From assembly GCA_003427395.1 (NCBI GenBank), contig BFEA01000043.1, positions 4,514,632 to 4,563,245 on the forward strand: a stretch of 48,614 bases of DNA, read 5' to 3'. The position numbers and the translations under genes are program-made. This DNA comes from Chara braunii. Its lineage: Eukaryota; Plantae; Charophyceae. Below the pieces are notes generated by a model. It had not been told where the DNA came from and searched no databases. It saw only the letters and a program-made list of their open reading frames with translations. Of this stretch, positions 22,212-35,331 are shown in pieces; position 1 is the first letter of the stretch, and the number at the start of each line of letters is the position of its first letter.

Positions 22212-25200
22212 TTTTTTTTTTTTTTTTTTTTTTTTTTAAACACNCCCCCACCAGTGTTAGTGGTGCTGATAAGAGCAGACACCACTAGCACCTGGGGAGA
22301 GGCTCCATCTATTGGTGGGGAGCATCACCTGCTGGGAAACAGGCCCAGCGTCCCATATACAGATCGAATTTAATTCCTGCCAGCATTGATTACCCTGGCC
22401 TCCAGGGGATTGACTGAGCAGGAGGCAGGGAAGGGGGGGACCTCTTCACCTTGGAACCGGCGCCAGATACCTATTGCTACACACAAGTTCCTCCCTCCCC
22501 CCTCGAGCCCCAGTCCTTTTTGTTGCTGGAAACCGGGTCGAGTGTCCCTTTGAATACGTCTTTTCTTACAGAAGGGTCAGCTGAGAAAGCAGGATTCCGA
22601 AACCAGGAGGAAAAGGACTGATTCTACTATTGCCACCGTGGCTAAAAGCTGATTCTTCCCTCCCCACCGTGGCTCAAAGCTGATTCTTTCCTCCCTCCTC
22701 TGCCCGCGCACTCTTGCACCCAGCCCTCGTTGAGCCATCGCTGTTCTGTCACGTCGATCCGCTGACCCGCTTACTCTGCTCCGTACCATTGCATGTCCAC
22801 CATTGCAAGCTGATGAGGCGGAAAGGGGTCGGGGAAGTCTGAGGGTGGTCACAGTGGGACTCGTTGGTCCATATTGGTCCATTCTTTGAAGCCTATGTTG
22901 TAGTCCCTTCTGAACTGTTCCCGTTCCTGCCCCTGCGTTTGCCCCTGTGTTTCTCCTCTCTCCCATTGGATGTGTGCGATCCAGCCCCCCTGTTCGCTTC
23001 CCAGCCAGTCCCTTGAGAATTGTTTGATTGCTTGTGTGATGTCTTTTTTTGCGTGGAGCCTGTCCAGTTGGCTTTTAACTTTTTGCCACCGCGTAAGGAG
23101 TTCTTGATTGATAAATGGTCTGATCATGTCCGTCACTTCCTCCCCTTCTGCTCGAACCCCTTCCATGGAAAGTATGCAGCGTTTTCTCCATAGTGCCCAG
23201 ATAATGGCTCTCCTTCCTATTTTAAACATGTTGTTCTCGAAGTCGCTGCCTGAGGGGAGGTCCATGCTTCACAGAGCAGCGCCCTCCAATCCCATGGCCA
23301 GGTGGAATCAGTTTCAAGCAGGCTCCATATCCTGTCCCACCGTCGCCATGTTAGCACCGCCCCCGGGCACAGCAGGAAGATATGTTTTATGGTTTCAGGG
23401 ATCTTTCGAGACGGGAAGGCTGTGTGGCAGGATTTACACCATGGCAGTGCCAAGCCTTTCTGTTCTAGATACGTGCGGTCTACCAGCCAGTTGTTAGTGG
23501 GAAGGCAGCGGTGCCCTATCTGCCATTGCAGGGAAGCGAACTTTGTCGGTTTAACTCTCGTGGTTGTAAACCATCGGATGGGGCGAAGGGTTCCTTGTCC
23601 CACATTCAGATGGGTCGGCCAGCGGGCCCTCACGATCTCTTTGAAGTTCACCCTTGGGCGCAGCAGCCGGTATGTGTGCTTCACGGACAGGCTGAGCAGC
23701 TGCTTATCTGAAATTTGTGGCGACCTATGTACTGGCTTCCAATGCGACTCCCCCGGGTCGAACGGCAGGTCTACGAGCGGGGTTTTCGGGCGAAACACTA
23801 TCCATTCATCTTTCTGCATCAACACCCGGAGCTTGTATAATTCCTTGTTTTTGCACCACTTCAGCTCCTCCGGGGTATGCTTAGAGAGGACATTATCCTT
23901 ATTCTTGTGGAAGAGGCTGATCTGAGACTCATCGGACCGTACCTCTACTACCTTACCCACACTCTCCTTGTCCCCCAGGATAGCCACCCTGTCCCATTGT
24001 GTCAATCGCGGTCCCTGCTCAGAATGCGCGCCCAATTGAGGGGGGTCGCAAAAATCAATTCTTCCAGGTTTCGTTCGACATCGTGACAGTACCTCATCGT
24101 GGCTCTCAGTTGCGAAGACGTTTTCCAGTTTTTTTTTGTTGGGTCCCATATATCCTTAATTATAACTATACCCTTTCTAACCCAGCTGCTCCACGGAGAG
24201 TCCGAGCTGCGGTACACCCTCCCATGCCTATCCGTGATGTTCCTATTGCCGAGGAGGGGTTGGCGCATCACCTCTTCCCAGGTGTTTGGCGAGGTTTTCT
24301 CTGGCAGCGGCAGCTGGCGCCAAGTCTTTAGAACACGGGGCCAGAAGTCATCTCTAGTCAGGTCCCTCCTTGCTTCATCTCGGCTCGAGATCCTGGCAGA
24401 CCAGGGCCGTCGCGGTATGGACCAGTAATGGTCTTCTATCCAGATCAGAGGGTGTACCCCCCGTGGTGCCTGCGGGGCTAACCTGGCAATATGTTCCAGC
24501 GCCAGGGAAAGCCATGGGAGATCTGGCGTGAACACCATTCTTCTCACCCACTGAGCAGTGCCGTCACTTGGATATCTGGGTCCAAAATTCCCAAGCCCCC
24601 TTTATCTTTAGGCTGGATAACTGACGACCATGCCACCCGACTGATGACATTCGGAAGCCCGCTGTTACCTCTCCACAACAGAGCAGTTATCTGCCGTTTA
24701 AGGGATTTAACCGCTTCTTTACTGAGGGCCTAGATTGCAGATTTGTACCATAGAGCAGCCAGTACTGTGTTGTTAATTGCCAATGCCCTACCTATTAGAG
24801 ATGTGTGCTTGTCGTTCCACTGGGTTAATTTTTCCAGCGCCGGTTTGAGGATCCAGTTGTCGTTGGAAGCAGGTCTTCCCAACGCTGTCAAGACGATTCC
24901 CAACACTGTAACCGAAGCCTCTTGCGGTAGCCACTTAACCTGTGGTAACTCTGGGGGTCGCACCCCTTGATGGTAGATCCACCACCCCAGTGTTTTGTTG
25001 CCCCAATTTATAATCATGTCAGAGACCGCCGTAAACCGCTCTAGCAGTCGCCTAATCTCTTCCATGTTCTCGAGGGTGGCGTCCATCAGTATAGGCAGGT
25101 CATCCGCGAACATCGAACAGACCGGGATTGCTTCCTCTGGGATGGCGGAGATTTGCAGTTTGGTAAGATCCTTGTTGGCCCGGAGGTTTGCAGCCAACGC

Positions 25201-25430
25201 CTCCATCACAATTATGAAGAGGAAAGGGGTCATCGGGTCCCCTTGTCGGACCGATCGTTGCAGCGAGATCACCGGTGCTAGGCGGCCGTTTATCTGGACA
25301 GTCATGGTAGCATTGAAGTGCAGAATCTCAATCCGACGCCGAAAAGACGGGCCAATGTTCATTTTTTCCATACATTTATCTAAGAAAAGTCAGTCCACGT
25401 GATCGTATGCTTTTTCAAAATCAATAAAAG
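22212..25430 (-). mobile_element. 5'-truncated, decayed L1/Tx1-like non-LTR retrotransposon (ORF2: RT, CCHC zinc finger, 3' UTR, poly-A)
   Basis: FIDFEKAYDHV near 25425, SVRQGDPMTPFLF, MFADD, CKSC...ETIKHIFLLCP; frameshifted pieces 24730-25371, 24002-24547, 23217-24149 and 22849-23265; poly-T at 22212-22237. Confidence 0.95.
24730..25371 (-). pseudogene. LINE reverse transcriptase core fragment
   Basis: RQGDP and FADD motifs. Confidence 0.93.
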
Positions 25431-25456
25431 TTTCGGTTGTTTCGAGAAACAGCTGG

Positions 25457-25591
25457 TTAAACGGTCGGTACCCCAAGGGGTCTTAGGCCCCCTCTGGGAA
25501 GGCTCTGATTCAAATGCATATGGACCCACGCGGCACACAGATTCAGCCACCGCGTTAACGGCCTAAAAACGTGGAAGTATTGGTGGTTTAA
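25457..25591. mobile_element. Older TTAA-family MITE; a second member starts at the shared TTAA (25588-25591)
   Basis: Ends AAGTATTGGTGGTTTAA; reverse-complement homolog of the outer element at 32861-33138. Confidence 0.65.
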
Positions 25592-25720
25592 ACTGCCAGT
25601 ACACAGCGCCGGCTTTGCTGAAAAATAAACTCGTAGCCTAAGAAAATTTTGGAGGCTCGGCCTACCAGACCACGATGGCTGGCGGCGCCAACCAAAAAGA
25701 AAAAAAAGTGCGCCGCTGAT

Positions 25721-25814
25721 GGTGCAGGAGACCCACTTAATGGATCTCCTGAAGCACCACAAGGCACGGTGCAGGAGACTCACTTAATGGATTTACCAGA
25801 GCACCACAGGGCAC
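25721..25814. repeat. 47-bp tandem duplication
   Basis: GGTGCAGGAGAC.CACTTAATGGAT.T.C...AGCACCACA.GGCAC x2. Confidence 0.85.
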
Positions 25815-25929
25815 ATAAATAGGCCTGGCCCTTTCAAATTTATCAAGCCTATGCCCCGAGTCTTGGGCGGGCGGTGACAATATGGGTCCCCCCCAAGTTG
25901 CGAATAGAAATACTTAATTCGGGGTGCTG

Positions 25930-28900
25930 GGTATGTTGGAATTGTAAGTGGTATGCATTGGCTCCCTCTATGCCCCTAACTTTGCCCCCAAGAGAAAAGA
26001 GTTCCTAGAGAAAGTTAAGGTTGTCCCCCCCCCGACATCCTAGTAATTCTAGCTGGGGATTATAATATCGCGTCGGACAGATGGATGGACCGAGGAGAGT
26101 CCAACTCTCTACTTCATATAGAGTAGAGGAGGACGAAAGGATGGTGGGGGACATGTGTGCCTTGCTCTCACTATTTGATATTTATAGGGTCATTTACCCC
26201 ACCAAAAGAGATTTCACTTGTGTCAAACGCAATGACCCGGTTAGACCGTCCAAGTCTCGGATGGACTAGATCTTGGCCTCGGAGGAGTTGGCGGGTGGGC
26301 TAATAGTGTATGCACTACTGCCGATGAACCCATACCCTGGTTTGGACCGCAGGATGTGTATGGCTGTTGGGAGCTTCCGCAAGCGGGCGGACCAAGGGGC
26401 CAGCTACTGTAAGCTCAACACTTCCTTGCTTCGTTTGAGGTCCTTCCAGAGGTACCTACGACAGGCATAGGACTACGGAAGGACTGCCGTCCACAATCGG
26501 ACTCATATCACGTGGTTTAACAATGGGTTATTCATTCTGGCCAAAAAGAGTAACGAATTTTCCAAACTCCTAGCCGCCCAGTGGCATCGGCAGGAAGTTA
26601 CGATCATGCAGAACCTTCTGGACATTCAACAACAGGAAATTCACAAGGGCAGGAGCAACAGGTTCTCGAGTTTTGACCCCGAGTATAATAACGTTGGCAG
26701 GGTGCAAAAATACGTGCGAGATTATCCAAATGTTCAACGCAAGGGATCATGGATTCTCATTTTGTTGGCATGGCCAAAGTGCGGGTCAAACGGACCACGA
26801 TTGGGGCACTCCACAACCTCGGGGCGGGGAAGTCGGCCCCGGTCGTGACCATGGCCAGATACACCAAGATCACACATGACTTTTATAAGAACCTTTTTTC
26901 CTCGCATATTGATAGATCCGACGGGGCATCCCATAATCTGCAAATCGAGGAGTTTCTAGAACCGGTAGATAAGGCATTATGGCCCGAATAGCAAGAGTCC
27001 CTTGAGGCCCCACTCTCCAAGAAGGAGATATGGATTGCCCTTCTGCAAATGGAGGAGGAGAAGGCACCCGGGATTGATGGCTTTCCTGAGGTGTTTTGGG
27101 AAGCCACCTGGGACTTTCTGAGGTTTGGCGCATTGGAGAGAGGGAGAGACGGTGGGTCAGGGGATATTGACCCTTTACAAAAAGGGGATAAAACTTGCGG
27201 TTGTTTATAAAATGTTGTCAAAAGTTTTTGCCAATTGGATGATCGCGGTAATGGAAGACATGAATCATCCATCCCAAACCGGGTTCATGCAGAATATAAA
27301 AATGCAAGAGAATATCCTTTTTAGCACATGAGGTACTTCGACTTGTTGGATAAAAGTTTGGAGAAAATGAATTTCGGGCCAAATTCTAGGCGGTGGATAT
27401 GGATCCTCCATCAAAATGCAACTACCTGTGTTCAAATTAACGGGTGTCTAGCGCTGCCCGTACGGTTGGAGCAGTCAGTTCACCAGGGGGATCAAATTGC
27501 CCCTTTTTATTCTTGGTTGTTATGGAGGCATTGACCACCAAACTCCAGGCAAACAATAATATTACTAGGATTACAATTAGATAAATTACGGAGGAGACTA
27601 TCCGTATCTGTTTCCAGTTTGCAGATGACCTCCCAATAATGGTAGAGGCTATACACCACAACATGGAGGTGATCCGAATAATGATGGAAAAGTTTGCAAG
27701 GGTCTTTGACATGATAGTTAATTGGGGGAGCAAGACACATGGGGGGGGGGGGGGGGGGGGGGGGCGGCGGGCGGTTGAGCTGCCATGTGTTGCATGGATG
27801 CCATTAGGGAATCCGTTGAGAATCTTAGGAGTATCCATGATAGCAATGGGGTGCCCACTGACCAGTGATGAATGGATTAGCTCCCCGGCCCCGCAAAAAG
27901 TTTACTGACTGGAGAAACAAGCACACCTCCTTGTTTGGTAGGGTGCTGGTAATTAATAATGTGGTTAGGGCACCGGTCGTCAATGCACATTGTGGTATGA
28001 GGTTGTAGATTCAAAACTACGTACCTCTGCGTAGAGACACCGGCGGTGCTTACATAACGCATGGTACCTTGCATACCCCTTTGGGCTGATGCAGGTAAGC
28101 TATTACAGACACTGCATGCGCACCACCCAAGGGTTCATCCATGGTGTTGTATGTTCGGTCTATACTATGGTTGGTTTGCTTGTTGTTTTTCGTCCATGAT
28201 TGTTCTAGTAATTGTGCAGTTGTTTCTCTATCTTGTACAGAGCATCAACTAGTTGTCATTGTAGTTCATAGGTTTAAGCCGAGGATTCTATGGAAGAGGT
28301 TGACGGTTCAAAAGTGGATCATATTGAAGTAAGCGATATACCGAGTGTTGTTGTCTACCCTCGTTGTCCATGGTCACGGGTATCTTGGTTTAATGGAACG
28401 AGCTCCGGGTATTCGCCCTAGGTTCAGTTGTGGCTGGCATCACTGTTACCTTAGTACGGGCGTGTCAAGGTGCCGAAACAGGCTCCAGGTATGAACTCGG
28501 GATTCAATTGAGGTTGGCATAAGAGTTACCTTAGTATGGACTTGTCAGCGTACTGGAACGGGCTTTAGGTGTGGGATTTGGGGGGTCCAGCCGTGGTTGT
28601 TATAGCAGTTACCTTTGTGCAGACTTATCGGGGCACCGAAACAGGTACTGGCTAGACAGTTCTAGTAGTGTGGCAGGCATAACTGTCATCTTAGTACAGA
28701 CTTCAAGGTACCGGAACGGACTCCATGTATTGGTCCAGGGTCCAAAGTAGTGTGGATAGCGTAGCCGTCGCCCTAGTACTGGCTAAGATCCTACAAGGGA
28801 ACGGAGGATCTTCATCTCTCAGTCTCATACTACAACTGGCCTAGTAAAAAAACCTCTACAAAAAATGTGGTTTTCGCATCCTTGTGGTACAAGTCTTTGT

Positions 28901-31177
28901 TGTGGCTGCTGAGTAAGGTGGCACTGAGGAGGCTTAGGAGAAGAGCAGCGGCTTTACTATAGAGGCAAGATTGCGAGAACAGCAAGGCAATTAGCCGGGT
29001 GGCATGGGATTTGATTATCCAGCTCAAAGTTGGGGGGGGAGCTTGGGGATAATAGACCTTGCCACGCAAGTCCAAGCATTGCGTCTGCAATTGGCAAAAA
29101 AAACTGATTTCTGCACCCCAAAGCCCCTGGAGTGTCATAGCCTTAGAGCATCTGGCGCGTCTGGCCCCAACCACCCCCCGGGAGGTGCACCCACTGACCT
29201 GGTTGGATGATCGCTTATGAGAAGTTTTGCGCAAGCTCCCACGAAAAAGAGGTGAGGGAGACAGCGGTGACCAGCTAACAGACAACTTTTGGCCATCTCT
29301 GCTGGACTGTTGGTGCAGGCACCAACTCCTTGATAGACCTCACCCTGATCAATGGGAGGAGATCAATCGTCAGCCAGTATTCGGTAATTGGTGGTTGATG
29401 GATCTAAGGGGTTGTACCATGTCAATTTCAACCCCGCCTTGGTGGAGCTGGGTCAAGCGTGGGGTCCTTAGAATAGGGGACCTCTGGGACAAGCAGAGAC
29501 GAGACTGGAAAACGGCGGATCAGTTGTGGGGTACCATTCGTCACTGCCACCATGTGGGGAACATTTGGACAACCTGATCGAAGTCGTCCCGCTTGCGTGG
29601 TATTAAGTCCTTAAGTAGGGCCCCACCCTGAAGGAAGGAGATTGGGTGGCAAGCAGGGAAGTTCCACCATGGATAGGTTGGATCCACGTGGTTGACCAAT
29701 GAATAGTCCTAGTCGGGCATTATACTGCTATCAGCTTAGGTGCCCTTTAGGGGAGCAGGGCCCCCTTCGTATGGATGGATAGGGCGATAGTGTATCGGGT
29801 TTGGGTCACGGAGGAGTGATGGGAGAAGGTGTTTTTCCAGCCACAATGGACTGTTCACGTGCTGGCCTTGGGCCCGATAGAACGGACATGGAAGCTCCCC
29901 CAGAGGAGGGGAGGCCCCGCTGCCGGCCACAGTAGTCTTTACAAGCTGTTGGTTAAATCCGCTTATAGAATGCTTAGACCCAAATGTCACTTGAGGGATG
30001 TGACTAACGATTGATGGGTCAAGCATCTCAACATAGACTGTCTCTCTTCACACCGATCGTTGGTTTAAGGATCAGAAATCTAAACCTTCAAAACTTACCT
30101 CCTTACAGTTGCAGATAGCACACTGCTGTCTGCTGACAAATGATTGGCTGGTGGACCACACCAATCTTGAGCAAAAAGGCCCGGGGCTGCCGTGGTGACA
30201 GCGATGCCTGCACCTGTTCCCCTCTCGCAAGTAGGCGGAGACAATCGAGCACATCTTTATGCAGTGCCCAATTGCCCAGTTCACATGGAGGTGGTGGGAC
30301 CGCATCTGGCGGAAGATGGTGATCAACATCCCCTGACCTTGGTCATGGCGGGCTCTTCTGGCTGGTTATTGGCCCTTGGAAGGGGAAACCACGGCCTTTG
30401 TGGGGAACATGTACAGGCTCAGAAGGAGGGCGGTGATGTGGGCACTCTGGTGGCAGAGGTGTATCCTTTCCCTGGAGAAGGTGAGGATAGAGAGGGCGGA
30501 GATCGCAGAGCAGATCCAACAGCAAGTACAGCTGGAACTCACACAGAGATGATTGGATACAACATCCCAATTAGACCGTTTCACAGCATTCTGCACAGAT
30601 TGGCTGGGAGGGGAAAGGGAAGGGTGGATAGCGAGGGTAGAATGGAGTGGAAATAGGGTAGATGGACAAACAAAAAAGAGGGTAGATGGACAACAGGATT
30701 TCGAAAGAGAATGAGGGACTAGTGTTCAACGACTGGATACACGTGGAACCCTCGTTCCCGCTGTGCCCACCCTCGGATTTCCCAGACCCCTTCCCCCCCC
30801 ATGCCCTCTCCCTGGCAGAAATCCTGATATACCACATGCACCCATAGATGGGGCCCTTTCCTGGTGCCCCCCAAGGAGGACTTCAGTGGGGGCCTGGTAC
30901 GTACAAGCCTTAGCTACTCTTTCTCTTCATTTCCTTTATCTGCTGCTCAGTTAACCCCCCAGCTCCCTGGGGCTGTTCAATGCGGGTCAATATTCTCAAA
31001 CATACTCAATTTGGACACTGGACCCAGTTTCCAGCAGGTGCAGATACCCACTAATAGAGTGGAGCACCCAGAGCAGCTACTAGGAGAGGCCGCCCGTATC
31101 ATCCTCCCAGGTAGCGGGCTCTTGGTTCCCCCTCCCCTCCTCCCCCTCCTCCGCCCCCCCCCAAAAAAAAAAAAAAA
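25930..31177 (+). mobile_element. Heavily decayed L1/Tx1-like LINE ORF2 (APE endonuclease, RT, zinc finger, 3' UTR, poly-A), related to the minus-strand copy
   Basis: SLYAPN, ILAGDYN, KSRMD, KLNTSLL (APE); KAPGIDGFP, HPSQTGF, SVHQGDQ, FADDL (RT); ETIEHIFMQCP; poly-A at 31163-31177; many stops and frameshifts. Confidence 0.92.
27967..28863. mobile_element. ~900-bp insertion in the LINE RT with 9-bp TSD AATGTGGTT; contains diverged ~80-bp tandem units (28380-28790)
   Basis: TSD at 27958-27966 and 28864-28872; removing the insert restores GRVLVINNVVFASLWYKS, matching GRALAINNTVLAALWYKS of the sister LINE. Confidence 0.85.
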
Positions 31178-31754
31178 GTTCTAATTCAGGCAGAATAATT
31201 TCACTGAACATTTGGTCAGAAAAGCTTGGCGCGCAGTAAGGGGCCTGCAGGTCCAGGTGTACTGGGTTTAACTCGGAAACTGCGTTTTGGATGTACTGTC
31301 CTGCCTGCCGGGGGTCCAATACATCAATCATGCGAAAACTGTCAGGTTCGCCAGAAAAGGGTCTCACCTACTGCCATTTGAGCAGCCACACAGAGGTGAA
31401 GGCGAGATCTTATCACTCACTCCATATGTGATAATGTCTGTACCCCTCTGTCACACACATCAGTTTGACCACATCTTGCTCCACATTTTTCTTTAGTTGT
31501 CCCCTTCATTCCAATTAGCATTTGAAGTTTGAGCCCGTGTTCTGTTTATGAACAGTTACATGTGCGTACCATTCAGCCACATGGGCTGGGCGCTGCTTCG
31601 TTGTTTGACGTGTATCGAGTTGTCGACTTGTCAGCACGTCGAATGATATGGCCGGGCCTGCCTTTGCTGTGTCCTAATGTCGAATGATAAACGTATGGTC
31701 GGTGCCCCCACAATGCCCACCTAAAAATAGATGGTATCCAAACAAGCAAGGTAC

Positions 31755-32130
31755 CATTTGGGAGGTCCCACAGGAGAAGTTCCAAAATGAGGTCCCACAG
31801 GCGAAGTCCCACAGATGAGGTCCCACAGAGGAAGCCCTAGAGAGGGTAATTGGTGAGACGGCGGAGAAATCTGGGATACATGACACAATTTTCTCTGCAA
31901 ATCTTGGGAGTAAAAGAAGTCGACCGGATCTCCGAGGTGAGATATATGTCTCTTTTTGTCGACACATAGATATAGCCGCGGATCTGCACAGGCAAGGTTT
32001 CACCACTTAGGTCCCACCGGCGAGTTCCCACTGAGTAGATCTCTCAGGTGAGGTTGATCACTGGTTTTGCTACATAGCTATACACACGAATCTGCAGCGG
32101 CAAGACCCCAGAGCAAGGTCTCACAGGTCA
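31755..32130. repeat. Cluster of GGTCCCACAG motifs and short duplications
   Basis: Four tandem GTCCCACAG at 31765-31828, plus variants near 32010 and 32117. Confidence 0.6.
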
Positions 32131-32860
32131 TAAACCTCGGACAAGATGTGAAGTGCCCTCCGAACCATGTGAAATAGTTGCCCATTGCACGGCTCGCTAA
32201 CTCCTACTTGCGTTGAGTGCTCTTACCTATTTGGCGGGCTTTCACAGGATCAAGTGACCGGTTTCCCCCGTGGACTTCCACGCAACCTCACGACACGAAG
32301 TGGGCGATGCTGAAGGCCTGACTTTAGTGAGTCAACACAAGAAACACGAGACATTCGATCTCGGACTCAAAGTATCACATGAAACCACAGGTTTGCCGGG
32401 TCGCAAGGTAATAAGGCATTTTGCAGGTAAAGTGTTCAAAGCAGGCTAAGCCTTGTGCTCTGAACATATTAGCATGGAATAACGCGAACTATCGGCAAAC
32501 GAATATATTGGCCCTGGCAACGATGAAGAGCGCAGCAAAATGCGTTACGCAATGTGAATTGCAGAAAAGAAAGAAAAAAAAAGACAAAAAAAAAAACGAA
32601 AACGAAAACAAAAAGGCATTTTGTAGGCATGCTGTGGGATATGGTGGGCAAGGTCAGCTAGTAGCACCTATCCAAGAGGATCTAGGACAGGCATGACGTG
32701 TCTACGCTTCATGGTTTGTGGCATGATGTTGTTCGGAATCGCACAGCATAAGCCCGCAGTTCCTCGTGCACGTTAACAGTCACCCATGGGTCCTGAGGTA
32801 TGCTAAGATTCAAAGAAAAGGGGTCACACCACCGCCTGAATGGGGCATTCTACAAGTCAG

Positions 32861-33138
32861 TTAAACCACCAGCACCTACCGCGTTCTTAGGCATTAAACC
32901 ACCAGTACTTCCTAGAGTCGTGCCCGTTAACGCACCACGATTTCAGGAAACGTACGGGCTACTACAGGAACGCCCAAATTCATCCGACTAGAAATGTTTC
33001 TACTCTATTTTTGTCTGCGGCCGATAGCTGGGCCAAGTACTGGTGGTTTAACGCCGTGGATGAATCGGCAGACTGCGCGGGTCTGTATTCATTTGTGTCA
33101 GAGGGGGACTAAGAACCCGGCATGTACTGGTGGTTTAG
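32861..33138. mobile_element. Outer TTAA-family MITE hosting a nested younger MITE
   Basis: TIRs ACCACCAGCACCTACCGCGTTCTTAG / CTAAGAACCCGGCATGTACTGGTGGT. Confidence 0.7.
32894..33051. mobile_element. 150-bp MITE with perfect 13-bp TIRs and TTAA TSD (piggyBac- or Kolobok-like target)
   Basis: TTAA-ACCACCAGTACTT...AAGTACTGGTGGT-TTAA. Confidence 0.9.
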
Positions 33139-33761
33139 ACCACCGTAGCTGGACGATTTGCAGCATCAGTTTACTTTGTATTGCAAACATAGGCCCTCGG
33201 TTCCTCGTGCATGCACACCAAGCGTCACATACGGGTCTTGGGGCACGCTACAAGTCAACAATGGGGTCACTGCCATGCGGAACGGGCACACTACTAGTCG
33301 GTTGAACCACCAGTATTGAAGCACACCGCCGTTTCAGCACCCGTACTTAGGCCTTTGGGTTGAGTGGAAGTTCTTCAAAATGCTCGGCAAATGGATTGAA
33401 AATCTGATGCGAAGTACCGATGGGCATAGCGCAGTTAGAACACCCATAAACTGCTTATTTACAGACCCGAGATCGAATCAAGATGGGTGTAGACGAATCA
33501 AATTTGTGAATTACCTGGGGCTGGTCAGTTCGAGAGGGATATCTCAAGGCCGTCGCCCTTTTTTTTTTTCTTTCTTTCTTTTCTTTTCTTTTCTTTTCAT
33601 CGAAGAATAAGTAAAGAAGTCCTAGTGTAAGCATGCGCTGAGACGTATTGGGGAAACTATGCGGGAGTCATTAATCTGATTGGGATTCTGAACTGATGCA
33701 AATTGTGGGGGTGCCCTTGATTAATCTTGGAAATGTTGGTCCAGCCTGCAGGCGTGGCAGT

Positions 33762-33919
33762 TTAAACCACCAGTACTTGGCCCAGCTATCAACCGTGGAA
33801 AAAAATAGAGCAGAAACGATCCGAGTCGGATGAATTTGGGCGCTCCTGTAGTGGCCCGTACATTTCCTAAAATTGTGGCGCGTTAATGGGCACGACTCTA
33901 GGAAGTACTGGTGGTTTAA
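33762..33919. mobile_element. 150-bp TTAA MITE, inverted relative to the 32894 copy
   Basis: Same perfect TIRs and TTAA flanks. Confidence 0.9.
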
Positions 33920-34848
33920 GAGGCATTCTGATCAAATTCCAGATGGCACAGAGAATTGTCAGATCGAACAGTGTCAGATCGAGGACAGTCAGATCAGACG
34001 GTTGTCGCTGAGAGAGGCCCCAGTCCCCGCTCTTTCCCTCAGGAGATTTATATCGGCGCTGTTCCTCACCTCTCACCCTTGTTTGGGTTCTCAGCCCTGT
34101 GTAAATCACATAGCCGAAGGACATCGCCTGGGAAGACTTGCATGCTGCCTTTCACTTGGGTATATGCGGTCTGGTGGTGCCGGTCTCCCACAATCGGTTA
34201 TGACTCCGGGCCTCTGGTCCCTTAGTTGGGGCTGTTACCTACTCATGATCCTGCCTTGGCGGCTCATCTGACGGTGCGAGGACATTGGACTTTTCTTGTA
34301 CCTTCAAGGCTGCTGATAGGCACCCCCAGTATGAGAGAAAATTACTCACCCACCCTTTATCCCTTTACTAGAGGGAAAGGACTGCAACTAACCCAGGAGA
34401 CTTTGTGCCCAGAGACCTTAACTGAGCACAAGGAGGAGCTGCTGAGGGGGGTCCACAAGCGGACTATGATTAAGAACTCCCGACAGACTTGAGAGCTACA
34501 ATGCTTCAGAAACATGGAACAACGACAGTCCTGAACCGCTATGCTGAATGGAAGTGAGAAACAATAAATGCCAACTGCAGTGTCAAACTTGGACTCGATC
34601 GAGAAGCTCGACTTTTTGAGAAAGAAAAAAAAACACGGACTTGTCGTGATTCTGAACTGCTGCAAGATTGCAGCATGAGAGTTTCTGGAGAGAAGCACCA
34701 ACTATGCTCTGAACCAGGACAAGAAAGGAATGCTATTCTCTTGGAGCACGGGCCCGTTACATCTGCTAGAATATAGTCTTTACAGGTTGGTCCTGCAAGC
34801 TGTTGACATTTCAAATACTCGTCTGCCTAAACAATCCATTCAAAATGT

Positions 34849-34988
34849 TATGGGACGCTGGACCCGTTTTCCAGCAGGTGCTGCTCCCCACCAATAGATG
34901 GAGCCTCCCCGACGGTGCTAGTGGTGTCTGCTCTTACCAGCACCCCTTGCATCGAATCGGGTTGTTTTGATTAAAAAAAAAAAAAAAA
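34849..34988 (+). mobile_element. LINE 3'-end fragment with poly-A tail (tail continues at 36142-36163)
   Basis: Reverse complement of 22262-22357; conserved stem-loop motif. Confidence 0.8.
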
Positions 34989-35273
34989 GGGGAAATTTGT
35001 CTGGCGCCCCTGTAATTTCCATTATTTTGTGTCGCGCCCCTCCGACGGCCCACTTACCCTGTCGTGCCCCTGGGGCCTTTAACTTTCCTGCATGCCCCTG
35101 TCAGCAAGGGGCGCAACTTTCCGCAGTGCCCTTACTGGACGGCCAGTCTCATTTCTCCGGTCCCTGTGCGATACGCCCTCATGAGTGGCATACATCTTTC
35201 CGCCATGCCCTCGCCCCGGAAATTCGGTGTCGAAGCACGTGGTTTTTATGGCGCTGCCGCAAAAAATGACCGT

Positions 35274-35331
<58 letters not shown>

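Noticed and set aside
23302-23925. Plus-strand ORFs over the LINE and PLE (e.g. 23302-23925, 44110-44769)
   Set aside because: Antisense shadows of real minus-strand coding sequence
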